Shown: in pieces, positions 8,714-18,666 of the stretch
How positions within the stretch are numbered: position 1 is the first letter of the stretch
How the letters are laid out: each line of letters opens with the position of its first letter
NCBI GenBank assembly: GCA_040217195.1
Contig: JAVJNR010000005.1
Span: 1 to 64,000, forward strand
Length of the DNA stretch: 64,000 nucleotides
Direction of reading: 5' to 3'
Source of the DNA: Leptospiraceae bacterium
Lineage (GTDB): Bacteria; Spirochaetota; Leptospiria; Leptospirales; Leptonemataceae
Notes under the pieces: generated by a model
What the model was told of the DNA's origin: nothing
What the model saw: the letters and a program-made list of their open reading frames with translations, nothing else
Databases searched by the model: none
Program-made: the position numbers and the translations under genes

Positions 8714-9055
8714 ACTTGCCGGATCGGATCCTCCTGCAAAAAGGCAGAAAGTCCATGGATGGTTTTGGTCAGGTTCTGAAAGGTAGGCTCTGCAGGTCAG
8801 GATCTGTCAGACAGAATACGCAAGTCAGGCTGTGCTTTCTGATTTGTGCCCGGCAAGTAACTCTTCCATGGCTTCAAATGAAACGAGCGCTTCCTTAGAA
8901 GCGCCCGCCCAAATTTCAGGTTTCCTCTGCATCCTGGGAGCCAGACCGACTATAAGCTGCCTACCGGGTTGATTCGGAATCACTCAAACCAGTATCATAC
9001 TATTCCGGTGCGATTCAATTCCCGAATCCCTATCCTTGCTGATCAGTCTGGTAGA

Positions 9056-10747
9056 TCAAGTCTCCTCACTGAGCCAGGTCCGCAGTAGCTTGGCCACCTG
9101 ATCCGGTTTCTCCCGGGCCAGGTTGATCGCATTTTCGAGCATCTCCCGGCGGGCCTTTTCATCTACAGAAAGTTCAACCTCGGCGGCGCCTTCATCGGCC
9201 ACTCGCAGGGCTGCCTCTCGCATTAACTGTTGCTGGGCTGCCAGTTCCTCTTCACGTAATCTGCGGCGACGAGCGATTTCCTTCTTGATGGCGCGATACA
9301 GTAGATAGATCAAAATAAAGGCTGCCAGAGCGACTGCAGATACAATTAGAAGCCTCTGGATCATCAGTTTCTGCCGCAGAGCTGCATCTTCCGCTTCATG
9401 CTCTGCGGATCGATCTTTCTGCAGATGCTCCACGACTATCTGGTCACCTCTGGATCTTTTATATAGAAGAGATGCTTTAAGCAGGTTTTCCAGTGTCTTG
9501 AGCTCTTCCTCTGTTGGAGCCTTGTATTCTCGAATATAACCGGATCCGTCTTCTTTTACACCCTTGCGAAGCCAGACTCCATCCACCATCACAGCAACGG
9601 ATCGGGCTTTTTCTTCCCAGGGCTGACGTTCAATTTTTTTATCGGTGCGATTGTAATCGTAGTTCCGGATTACATCATTGTTTCCGTATTCGGATCGCTG
9701 ATAATCCTGATCGCGATATCCTGGAGGCAGTTGCGATTCGGTGCCTGTTGGGCCGCCAGGTGTAAATCCATTGCCTCTAAATCTTTCCTGGCGAGCATTT
9801 TCGGAAAGAACCAGGGTACCGTTGGGCATTAGCTCCCTATCTGGATAGGGAGTTTCAGGGTTTTCCGGAGTGGCCTCTACAGGGCTTACCAGATGCTGCT
9901 CTTCGCTTACTTTGTCCCAGTTAACATCCAGGGCTACACGAACGATGGAAATGCGATCCTTTTCATAGAATTCATGTAGACTTCCCTGAAGTTCTTCGGT
10001 CCATTTTTTACGAATCTGTTCTTCGAATTGCTTTTTTCGATCCACCAGATCCAGTTCTCTTTGAGCCCTATCGATTTCATCGGGCTCCATGAATTCCTTT
10101 CCATACTGGTCTGTAATGGTAATGTCTTCTCGTTTCAGTTTGGGAACAGCGCGATAGATCAGGTTCTTAATACCCAGCACCTGTTTGCGGTTGATGGATT
10201 CCTGACCCGGCTGAAGGATCAGCATTACAGAAGCTTTTACCGGGTCCCTGTCCGTCAGGAAGTTGTTACTCTTGGGAATGGCCAGTTCGACTTTCGCCTT
10301 CTTGACGAACTCCAGGCTCATCAACATTTGTTCCAGAGATCCTTTGATAGCTCGATGAAGTTTCACATCCTTATCGAATGTAGTCTCATCCCATCGAGAC
10401 ATGTTGAAGATTTCCCATCCTTCAACTCCAACCGGGATCAGGTTGTCCTGGGCCAGTTTGGTAATGATTTGCTGACGATCCGTGCTGCTTACATAGATCT
10501 CTGAAGTTCCGCTGCCGGTCCAATCATAGCCCATTGCATCTAGATTCTCAGATATGCTCGCATATTCCTGGGGAGTGAGATCACCATAGAGCTTAACCAA
10601 TTCTGGCTTTTTGGAATAGTTTCCCATGGCCACGAATGCAATAAGCACTACGCCCACCACGGCCCCTACGGTTATCTTCTTGATATTATCAAGACCGTTC
10701 CAGAATTCTGTAATCTGGTTTAATATTCGCTGAAGACTCTCTGGCAT
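9056..10747 (-). CDS. fliF: Flagellar MS-ring protein FliF
   Basis: Two TM segments; GWEIF, AKVELAIP, ASVML and RGDQIVV motifs; C-terminal PDQVAKLLRTWL. Confidence 0.97.
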   Translation of the reverse strand: MPESLQRILNQITEFWNGLDNIKKITVGAVVGVVLIAFVAMGNYSKKPELVKLYGDLTPQEYASISENLDAMGYDWTGSGTSEIYVSSTDRQQIITKLAQDNLIPVGVEGWEIFNMSRWDETTFDKDVKLHRAIKGSLEQMLMSLEFVKKAKVELAIPKSNNFLTDRDPVKASVMLILQPGQESINRKQVLGIKNLIYRAVPKLKREDITITDQYGKEFMEPDEIDRAQRELDLVDRKKQFEEQIRKKWTEELQGSLHEFYEKDRISIVRVALDVNWDKVSEEQHLVSPVEATPENPETPYPDRELMPNGTLVLSENARQERFRGNGFTPGGPTGTESQLPPGYRDQDYQRSEYGNNDVIRNYDYNRTDKKIERQPWEEKARSVAVMVDGVWLRKGVKEDGSGYIREYKAPTEEELKTLENLLKASLLYKRSRGDQIVVEHLQKDRSAEHEAEDAALRQKLMIQRLLIVSAVALAAFILIYLLYRAIKKEIARRRRLREEELAAQQQLMREAALRVADEGAAEVELSVDEKARREMLENAINLAREKPDQVAKLLRTWLSEET

Positions 10748-11012
10748 CCTCTTCCTCCCGATGACGGATGGGCCTGGTTATATTATGTCTCATGCTGCAG
10801 TACAGCATTTTTTTCCAGAGAGCTAATTTTATTTTACTAAACATCCAGCGAGTACTAACTGCATGTACAGTGTAGTAACGTTGCCTTTAATCCAGTGCAA
10901 AGCCTTATCGCAACGCTTTGCACTGTCCAGGCACTGCGGGCCCGGATCCTGAAAGCCGGCTCCGGTCGTTTCAGTTTTCTAAAACGACTCTTTCGCCTGA
11001 AGCCTTTTTAGC

Positions 11013-11381
11013 TTACCGACCGGCTGTTAGCTCTCGAATGGTTCGCACAAAACCGTCAGCTACGGTCTTGGTTAAGTTCAATGCGAACTTGGATTTCTGG
11101 GCTGCAATCATTACATCATGCACTTCCACAGAATCCGGATCATATACTGCTTTTCGGGTCATCTCCTGGGAATGATTGTCCAGTTTCTCTACCTGTCCCA
11201 GGGCTTCGTTCAATGCATCGGAGAAATTAGTAACTACTTTGTTTGGATCCGGCGGAGTGGATGCGATTTGCATATGCCGATCATTTTCCATACGCATCTG
11301 CATCGGATTGGTGGTCTGAGCTCCCACAGGCCGCGGGATCATAGAAGAGGTTTGAATGCCAGAGGTAGAGAAGATATCCAT
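11013..11381 (-). CDS. fliE: Flagellar hook-basal body protein FliE
   Basis: FSDALNEAL...VHDVMIAAQKSKFALNL; follows flgC. Confidence 0.93.
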   Translation of the reverse strand: MDIFSTSGIQTSSMIPRPVGAQTTNPMQMRMENDRHMQIASTPPDPNKVVTNFSDALNEALGQVEKLDNHSQEMTRKAVYDPDSVEVHDVMIAAQKSKFALNLTKTVADGFVRTIRELTAGR

Positions 11382-11389
11382 TATCCCCT

Positions 11390-11417
11390 GTTTCGACCGA
11401 ACATCCGATTCACCTTA
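11390..11417 (-). promoter_or_regulatory. sigma28-like promoter for fliE
   Basis: TAAG-N16-GTCGAAAC, 8 nt before ATG. Confidence 0.45.
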
Positions 11418-11614
11418 GGATTTTTTATGTCTCTTACGGTAGAAATTTGAATTCAGCCCATTGCAGGTCGAAGGATTTTGCCGGGTAAGAAGAATCCAGA
11501 AGGCAGATCAAACAGCGATGAGTCAATTTCAATGGGCTGGAGGTCCGTCTATGGTCACCTGGCTCCATGGATTAGCGCCAGGAGCAATTAGCCCTGGCTG
11601 AAAACTACTTTGAA

Positions 11615-12076
11615 TCAGGCTCGGCCAAGTTCCAGGGCTTTCTGAAACATCTGCTTGGAGCCGGAGATCACCTGAGCATTGGCTTCATAGGATCGAGAGG
11701 CGGTGATCATATCCGTCATTTCTGTAACTACATTAACGTTCGGATATTCCACGTACCCCTTTTTGGGACCAATTTTCACTGCATCTGGATGGGACGGATC
11801 ATATACCATTCTCAGAGGGCTCATGTCTTTTACAATTCTAGAAACCTTCACTCCCTGGCCCATTCCTGTTTCCAGGCCATTCGGGTATATAGGAGCTCTC
11901 CAGGTATTGCGAAGATTGATGGGAGTCATCACCACCTGGTCTCGACGAAAAGGTCCATCGCCGGAGGCATTTCTGGTAGTATTGATGTTGGCAATATTGT
12001 TGGATATTACATCCAGTTTCAGTCGCTGAGCGCTCAGCCCGGACGCTGCAATATCCATTGATGTAAACATTCCCAT
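11615..12076 (-). CDS. flgC: Flagellar basal-body rod protein FlgC
   Basis: ASGLSAQR...ISNNIAN, YDPSHPDA, PNVNVVTEM, ASRSYEAN. Confidence 0.98.
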   Translation of the reverse strand: MGMFTSMDIAASGLSAQRLKLDVISNNIANINTTRNASGDGPFRRDQVVMTPINLRNTWRAPIYPNGLETGMGQGVKVSRIVKDMSPLRMVYDPSHPDAVKIGPKKGYVEYPNVNVVTEMTDMITASRSYEANAQVISGSKQMFQKALELGRA

Positions 12077-12228
12077 AAATTCGTGTCCTGGTCTCTATAT
12101 TTGTGCCTGATCACTGTTTTCAGGCTCAGTTCTCTTCTTAATCTCTCAGCTCGCTGCTGCCTTGCATCTGGATGGCATTCTGGTCATAATCATGCTACAG
12201 TTCCTTCTCAGGCCCATCGGGCCGGCCC

Positions 12229-12645
12229 CTAGGCCATCCTGATAAATGAATTCCATTTTCCAAAAGTGGAGCCGATGCGATCGATCATCATTGTATATTG
12301 CATCTGATTTTTCACCAGATTCATCACTTCCTGCTCAATATCTACATTATTGCCATCGTTTCGCATGCTGCTCAGATAATCTGTATGCACCGCCGGACCC
12401 ACCTTCTGGTAATCCAGGGGCTCTCTACGGGCTACATGCCCTGGCTGATTCGTATGCAATGCCGGTTCTTCACGAGCGGCTTTCTCAGAGTCCAGGGCCC
12501 GCTTCAAATTCATCTCGAAGGAAACGCCCGAACGCTTAAAGCCAGGAACATCTACATTGGCGATGTTGTTTGCAATTACTTCACGCCGAACGGTGGAGGT
12601 CCTTAGTCCGGCCTCCAGCATATCCATTGTTCTGGTCTGAAACAT
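12229..12645 (-). CDS. flgB: Flagellar basal-body rod protein FlgB (start likely 12645; ORF extends to 12666)
   Basis: VIANNIANVDVPGFKR, RNDGNNVDIEQE. Confidence 0.97.
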   Translation of the reverse strand: MFQTRTMDMLEAGLRTSTVRREVIANNIANVDVPGFKRSGVSFEMNLKRALDSEKAAREEPALHTNQPGHVARREPLDYQKVGPAVHTDYLSSMRNDGNNVDIEQEVMNLVKNQMQYTMMIDRIGSTFGKWNSFIRMA

Positions 12646-12656
12646 ATCTATTTTCT

Positions 12657-12683
12657 GAATCGGCATTATGCCAGGATGGATTA
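12657..12683 (-). promoter_or_regulatory. sigma28-like promoter for flgB
   Basis: TAAT-N15-GCCGATTC versus consensus TAAA-N15-GCCGATAA. Confidence 0.55.
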
Positions 12684-12804
12684 GCGAAAATATTTGATGA
12701 TCCGCTGCGTCCCCCGGCCGCCAGATCTACTTTCCGGTCCGACTTTGGACCCTGCTTGCGCAAAAACTCCTTTCCTGATTTTCCGGCCCTGTGTACCTGA
12801 GATA

Positions 12805-13305
12805 ATGCAAGCTTTGAAATATATCTCCCTGATTCTACTGGCAGGCCTGGTGTATTGCTCTACCGGACAACCCACCGGACCTGACTCTATGCCTTCCACC
12901 ACCGGTCCGCAGGAGGCCACCCGAGAGTGGCTGTACGGATCCTGGACCATGGACAAAGAAAAGACTGTACGCCGAATGCTGCAGCTAAACGGCCAAAACT
13001 TCGATTCTTACAATTCAGATGAGAAACGAACCATCATGGAGCAATTCAACCTTGGCCTTGATGTAGAGCTCAGCCCGGATCGATGGAATGCCGTGTTTCG
13101 AGAAGGTACGCGAACCAATGCAGGCCAGGGATCAGCCGAGTATCGCAAGCAGGGGGACCAGTTGATCATTTCCATGAGCGAAGTTCTGGATGATGGAACA
13201 ATAAAAGTGGATGAACTGGAAATACATCGCCTGGGCGAAAATCTACTACGCATGCGCTTCATTGAAGAAGAGGAGGACGTTTCCTTCATACTGCGGCGCA
13301 ACTAG
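12805..13305 (+). CDS. Lipoprotein with a lipocalin-like beta-barrel
   Basis: MQALKYISLILLAGLVY-C; LYGSW motif; start reassigned to ATG 12805. Confidence 0.8.
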   Translation: MQALKYISLILLAGLVYCSTGQPTGPDSMPSTTGPQEATREWLYGSWTMDKEKTVRRMLQLNGQNFDSYNSDEKRTIMEQFNLGLDVELSPDRWNAVFREGTRTNAGQGSAEYRKQGDQLIISMSEVLDDGTIKVDELEIHRLGENLLRMRFIEEEEDVSFILRRN

Positions 13306-13368
13306 GTCCTCCGCCCGGTTCCTTTTTCCGTAGCAATGTACCGGGCGCTACATCACGGGTCCGGGGGC

Positions 13369-13405
13369 CGGCTCAGCAGTAAAAATTCCTTTTCCTGCTG
13401 AGCCG
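13369..13405. repeat. 11-bp inverted repeat with 15-nt spacer (terminator or operator)
   Basis: CGGCTCAGCAG-N15-CTGCTGAGCCG. Confidence 0.6.
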
Positions 13406-13423
13406 CAAGCATCTAATAAGAAC

Positions 13424-13758
13424 ATGAATCACTCCCTGCTCCTGATAACGGTTTTCTCTGCGATGATTCTTGGAGTTTCCGGATTCCTGCTGGCAGCATC
13501 GTTTGATACAAAGTGTGTAATCGAAATCGATGGGATCAAATGGAAGTTGACCTACGCGGATGGCACCTCCTACGGTGAATTCATTTTCCAGAACAGGGCT
13601 GAGATTCTTGAAGTTTTCATGATCGAGAAAGTGGGCGACCGAGAAACAGCCCGTGAACGTGCCATCGTGGAAAGACTGGGAAAAGACATCATGCTTATGC
13701 GATTTAAAAGAGACCAGGATGTGACCTAGTGTTGGAACGTCAGGAAATTTATCTGTGA
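13424..13758 (+). pseudogene. Shortened, apparently frameshifted paralog of 12805..13305
   Basis: ERLGKDIMLMRFKRDQDVT versus HRLGENLLRMRFIEEEEDVS; the shifted frame continues LVLERQEIYL* to a GTGA overlap at 13755-13758. Confidence 0.6.
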
Positions 13759-14402
13759 TTAAACGAATCTATCCAATATCCCTTCTGTCAATTGCCTGCC
13801 TGCTTGCCTGTATTGAGCCCCGGGTGGTTCAGAATTATCCGGACTATCAGCCGCAGCATCGCATAGCCATGATTCGCAAATCAGGTTTTGAAATAGCTGT
13901 TTCAGAAAGTCAGAAATGGGGGGATTCACTTCAACTGACTCCTGGAAAGTATTTACTGGAATTCCGAGAGAAATTTACCGGAATCAAAGGAGCCGCTATT
14001 TGCAAAGTTGAACCAGGTGGAATCTATGAAATAGAAATCACCAGGAAACGCTACATGGAAATGAGCGGCCGATATGTTTACGAGGCTCGTTGCGAAAGAG
14101 TCAATAAACCCGGCGAACCAGATCAATATGAATTCCCCGAAGAAGAGGAAGAAGAAGAGAAGCCCGAGAAAAGGCCTGCTGAAACAGATAGTACCGATTA
14201 CTATCAAGAACCAGCCATTGATCGAAACGATTCCGAGGTAAGGCCACTTGCCCCGGCTGAAGAGGATGTGACTTCCGATGATCCGGTTCTAAAGGGAGAC
14301 GATGAATTCATTGAAGAGCCTTCTGATTCTCCGAAGAATTCCGAGGATCCTCCGCCTGGAAAGGATGCAGACGAAAGCAATGATACTGAAACCCAAGCCT
14401 GA
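13755..14402 (+). CDS. Lipoprotein with an acidic disordered C-terminus
   Basis: SIACLLA-C lipobox; E/D/P-rich tail. Confidence 0.8.
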   Translation: MIKRIYPISLLSIACLLACIEPRVVQNYPDYQPQHRIAMIRKSGFEIAVSESQKWGDSLQLTPGKYLLEFREKFTGIKGAAICKVEPGGIYEIEITRKRYMEMSGRYVYEARCERVNKPGEPDQYEFPEEEEEEEKPEKRPAETDSTDYYQEPAIDRNDSEVRPLAPAEEDVTSDDPVLKGDDEFIEEPSDSPKNSEDPPPGKDADESNDTETQA

Positions 14403-14418
14403 ACGTACACCATCCTAA

Positions 14419-15462
14419 ATGAAAATAGTCCTCAAGTATATTGTTCTGCCGCTGCTGGCTGTGTTTTTGCTAACCGAGGCATTTCTCAGAAGGAATGAAA
14501 CCATCGTCTCAAGCGTCCAGGAAAGGCGAATGCATTGCATGGATCAATCCGGACTGATTTTCTTGTGTAAAAACCAGTCTCGCCAGTTGAATGGGCCCGG
14601 TAATGGTAAATGGACTCTGACCACAAACCGGTACGGAGAAAGAATCACCCATCCTCTGGAGCTGGCGCCGGAGTCTCCTCTATCAGAAAGCAATCCAACA
14701 GTAAAAGAAGTGTGGGTCATTGGAGATTCTATTGCCATGGGATATCTATTGTCCGATCCACATAGCGCGCCGTATCAGCTTTCGCGATTGACCGGTGTGC
14801 GTACCAGAAACCTGGGAGTGGACTCTCTGGGAACCAGAGGTATTCGAATTAGACTTGAGAATGCCCTGGAATACAGAGCCATTGTTCCGGATCATATTTT
14901 CTGGATCTACAATGTGTCGGACTACGTAGATGATTCTCGCGAACAAAAGCTCTTGCATAATGCCGCCTATCGTCTGGCTTATAGAGTTCATTTTAACCTG
15001 GCCAAGGCCTCCTATACCTATGCTTTAAGCCGTCTGCAGCCCCAGGTGACTATATCGGATTCTGTATATTCAAAGGAACCGGAAAATCCCGAAAAGGAAG
15101 TTGTGGTTCCAGAAAACCATCCTACCATCAAGCACCTCAGGGATTTTGCACTATACATCAAAAACATGGAGCTTCCGGTAACTGTATTGTTTTACCCTGG
15201 GATGCTTCCTTCCGGTAAACCGGATTTGAAAGATCCTTACAGGAAGAAAAGCATGGAGATTCTAAAATCGGAAGGGATTGAAGTTCTGGATCTATCGGAA
15301 GAATTCGTGAGCAATAAGAATATGTATATCCCGGGGAATGGTCATCCAACGGAGCGCGCAGCTGCACTTTTTGCTTCTGTAATGGCTGGGAAACTGGCTC
15401 TACGACATCCAGAACGATTCAACGAAGCTGTTAACAATGCAAGTTTCTGGAAGAGATTGTAG
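14419..15462 (+). CDS. Membrane-anchored SGNH/GDSL hydrolase
   Basis: IGDSIAMG block I, NLGVDSLG, GNGHPT block V. Confidence 0.88.
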   Translation: MKIVLKYIVLPLLAVFLLTEAFLRRNETIVSSVQERRMHCMDQSGLIFLCKNQSRQLNGPGNGKWTLTTNRYGERITHPLELAPESPLSESNPTVKEVWVIGDSIAMGYLLSDPHSAPYQLSRLTGVRTRNLGVDSLGTRGIRIRLENALEYRAIVPDHIFWIYNVSDYVDDSREQKLLHNAAYRLAYRVHFNLAKASYTYALSRLQPQVTISDSVYSKEPENPEKEVVVPENHPTIKHLRDFALYIKNMELPVTVLFYPGMLPSGKPDLKDPYRKKSMEILKSEGIEVLDLSEEFVSNKNMYIPGNGHPTERAAALFASVMAGKLALRHPERFNEAVNNASFWKRL

Positions 15463-15488
15463 CATGGCCGCACATCTATGCAACTGAT

Positions 15489-17225
15489 TCATTCCTGCAG
15501 ATGCCTCTCCTCGTCAACGGCATCCATCTCTTCTAGAATTTCCTGTTTCTTCTCCAGGCGCATTAGTGTCCTTGCCAGCATCTCTCCAATATAATGATCC
15601 GGAGTGACTATTCCATCGGCGCCTGCTTCTCGTAGCCTCTGTGCACGAACTGAATCGTCGGCGGTGGCCAGTATGGCTGCTTGAGGAGCAATGCTGCGAC
15701 ACAGATTGACAAGCCGAAGATTGCTGGTTCCTTTAAGTAGCAAATCCGGAATTGTAATAAATACCACTCTGGCTCTCTGTAATCCAATATGCTCCAGAGT
15801 AGATCGATCGCTTAGATCCCCAAACACTCCCTGTACCGGGTAGTGCTGCAGCTGTCTTAGAATTTCCGGATTAAAGTCAACGACGGTGACCTTTTCCAGT
15901 AGCTCAGGCTTATGATCCATCAGAGAAGTGACCATGGACTGAGCTCCTCTGTGGTAGCCCAGAATGAATATACTCCGCCCGGGTAACGTCGGTGTATCCT
16001 CCTCCTGAGAGTCTACGGAACCATTCAGGGCTCCGTCAGCAAGGAGCTCTTTTCGCATACGGCGACGTGCATTCCATCGATGGAACACTCCATAGATTTT
16101 ATGATTATACTTAATGCTGTAGGCGGAGAGAATTGAAGTTAATACCATCCCGTAGAGCAATGCAGACATGAGACTCTTATCTATGTGCTTCAGACTCAGA
16201 CCCACTGCTCCAATAACCAGGGAAAATTCGCTGAATTGAGTAAGGTTGATACTGCTTAAGAAACCGGTTCGACTGGAGCCACCGCCCAATCGCACCAGGG
16301 GATATACAATTAGAGGGCGAGAAAGAAAGAGAAAAGCCACCAGAAGCAATAGATAGTACATACTTCCTTGGTCCGGCATGGGAATCTTCATACCCAGGGA
16401 AACGAAGAACAGAGTGAGAAATACATCTCGCAGTGGCAATACCCGCGCCGTTACGTGCAAGCTGTAGGGGTAATTGGAAATGGCCAATCCGGCAATCAAT
16501 GCGCCCATTTCCACAGAAAGATCCAGGGCCCCTGCCAGACCGGACATGGTCACAGCCCAGCCAATGGCTGCAGAAACCACCATTTCCGGGCTTCTATCCA
16601 GCCGTGCGAAGATCCATCGAAGCACATATTTGCTGAACAGGAAGCCTGCAACGGTTATCACCACCGTAAGCAGCAATGAACGGAACACAGGCCAGAATCC
16701 CGGAGTATTCAGGGAAGGTTGCAATGCAAGGATTATGATGGCCCAGATATCCTGGAAAATCAGAATTCCAAGAGACACTCTTCCATGAAGCGAATCCAGT
16801 TCATATTTATCGTACAGTGACTTAACTACGATCGCTGTAGAACTGAGGGATCCAAAGATCGCAAGATATAGAATGCGATGATCCTCCATGGCAATGCCGG
16901 TAGCCAGGGAGAAGAATACAAGTCCCATTACCACGCTTAAAGCGAACTGCCCTACTCCTGTAGTAAGGAGTAGTTTACCGCTGCGAAGTATCATGTTTGG
17001 ATTGATTTCCAGTCCAATTATGAACAGTAGTAGAATCAATCCAATCTCAGAGATCAGATCAATATTCTCTGGATCCTTTACAAGCTGAGGCCCTATTTCC
17101 GGTCCAATGATGATACCAGCCAGTAGATAAGCTACAATCAGGGGCTGTCCGGCACGATAGGCCAGAATTCCCAGTATGGATGCCACAACGATTGCAAGTC
17201 CTATGTCTGCCAGGAATGCATGCAT
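15489..17225 (-). CDS. CPA2/Kef-type cation:proton antiporter with TrkA-N domain
   Basis: LLLFIIGLE, SSTAIVVK and LIFQD motifs; C-terminal Rossmann-like domain. Confidence 0.93.
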   Translation of the reverse strand: MHAFLADIGLAIVVASILGILAYRAGQPLIVAYLLAGIIIGPEIGPQLVKDPENIDLISEIGLILLLFIIGLEINPNMILRSGKLLLTTGVGQFALSVVMGLVFFSLATGIAMEDHRILYLAIFGSLSSTAIVVKSLYDKYELDSLHGRVSLGILIFQDIWAIIILALQPSLNTPGFWPVFRSLLLTVVITVAGFLFSKYVLRWIFARLDRSPEMVVSAAIGWAVTMSGLAGALDLSVEMGALIAGLAISNYPYSLHVTARVLPLRDVFLTLFFVSLGMKIPMPDQGSMYYLLLLVAFLFLSRPLIVYPLVRLGGGSSRTGFLSSINLTQFSEFSLVIGAVGLSLKHIDKSLMSALLYGMVLTSILSAYSIKYNHKIYGVFHRWNARRRMRKELLADGALNGSVDSQEEDTPTLPGRSIFILGYHRGAQSMVTSLMDHKPELLEKVTVVDFNPEILRQLQHYPVQGVFGDLSDRSTLEHIGLQRARVVFITIPDLLLKGTSNLRLVNLCRSIAPQAAILATADDSVRAQRLREAGADGIVTPDHYIGEMLARTLMRLEKKQEILEEMDAVDEERHLQE

Positions 17226-17226
17226 A

Positions 17227-18666
17227 TCAGAACTGAAAGTAGATAAATTGCTGACTTACGGTAACGCTATATAGGATGAATGCAATACTCAGCACAGCCC
17301 CTATCAGACCAATTTGAAGCAAGGGAGCCTGCAGCCGCGGATGATTTTCCAGCCAGTTCGGTCTATAAACCTGGATGGCCTCTATCAAAAATAGGATAGC
17401 AGTTAGGCCAATGATGCTTGTTGGAAATACAGGAGAGGCCCCATCCCTGAAAGTAAATAGATTTGTAAACATATGGTTTCCCACAGAAACGGCTCCTCCA
17501 AATTCCGGTAGAGGCCTGGCACGAAAATATAGTACCGCCAGGGTAAAGACCATAAAGGTGTATACTATGCGAATAGGATCTGGTATTTTCTCGAATGCGG
17601 TTTTGATCGAAGGAAAGGAAAAGAAATATCTCTCTCCAATCATGAAAACTCCGTGGATTCCTCCCCAGAGAATAAAGTTCCAGTCCGCGCCATGCCACAG
17701 TCCGCTTACCAGCATCACCATAAATACATTGATATAGGCCCTTATGACACCCACCCGGCTACCGCCCAGAGGAATGTACAGATAGTCTCGCAGCCAGCTG
17801 GAAAAGGAAATGTGCCATCGTCTCCACAGATCTGTCATACTGGTGGCGAAGAATGGCTTGTCGAAGTTTTCAGGTACTTTAAAACCCAGGATACGTGCTG
17901 TTCCAATTGCGATATCTGAATATCCCGAGAAATCGCAATAGATCTGTATTGAGTGCAGGATGATGGCAATCCATAGACTGCCGGAACTAAAGATTGCTGG
18001 ATCTGCATATACCTGATCGACGTATGGGCCCAGTTGGTCTGCAATAAACGTTTTCTTGAAAACGCCCATGGTCAGGCGCTGCATTCCAAGGCGAAAATCC
18101 TCCAGGTTAAAAACATGCCTGGTTTCGAATTGATCGATTAGATCTCTGGCCCGGATAATTGGACCAGCAACTAGCTGAGGGAAAAATCCAAGATATAAAC
18201 CAAATCGGTATCCGCTTTTTGGCTTTTCGATTACTTCCCGGTATTGATCCCAGGCAGCGGAAATAGCCTGAAGAGTAAAAAATGAAATTCCCATGGGCAC
18301 TATAAATCCCACGGGCTCCATATAATCTGGATCGCACACTTCGTATCCGGCAAATGCATTGATCGCGCGAATGAAGAAATCCAGGTATTTGAATACAAAA
18401 AGTAATGAAAGATTGCCAATGATGGCCAGAGTCAGAAACGCAGTGGCTGATTTACCCCGCTGCTTTCGGTTCTGTATGCCTACCATACAGGCATAGGTCC
18501 AGAATATAGAAAATAAGAGAAGTGCTACGAATGGTATCTTGAATACAGCATAGAAGTAGATGCTGCATAGGAATAACCAGATTCTCTGCCATCTAAGGGG
18601 CAGTTGAAAGTACACCAGAAAAACAATGGGTGCGAATATAAAGAAATGAACCGAATTAAATAGCAT
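17227..18666 (-). CDS. MBOAT O-acyltransferase (AlgI/PatA/DltB-like)
   Basis: MLFNS, PMGISFFTLQ, FFPQLVAGPI, YCDFSGYSD, WRRWHIS, SGLWHGA. Confidence 0.96.
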   Translation of the reverse strand: MLFNSVHFFIFAPIVFLVYFQLPLRWQRIWLFLCSIYFYAVFKIPFVALLLFSIFWTYACMVGIQNRKQRGKSATAFLTLAIIGNLSLLFVFKYLDFFIRAINAFAGYEVCDPDYMEPVGFIVPMGISFFTLQAISAAWDQYREVIEKPKSGYRFGLYLGFFPQLVAGPIIRARDLIDQFETRHVFNLEDFRLGMQRLTMGVFKKTFIADQLGPYVDQVYADPAIFSSGSLWIAIILHSIQIYCDFSGYSDIAIGTARILGFKVPENFDKPFFATSMTDLWRRWHISFSSWLRDYLYIPLGGSRVGVIRAYINVFMVMLVSGLWHGADWNFILWGGIHGVFMIGERYFFSFPSIKTAFEKIPDPIRIVYTFMVFTLAVLYFRARPLPEFGGAVSVGNHMFTNLFTFRDGASPVFPTSIIGLTAILFLIEAIQVYRPNWLENHPRLQAPLLQIGLIGAVLSIAFILYSVTVSQQFIYFQF

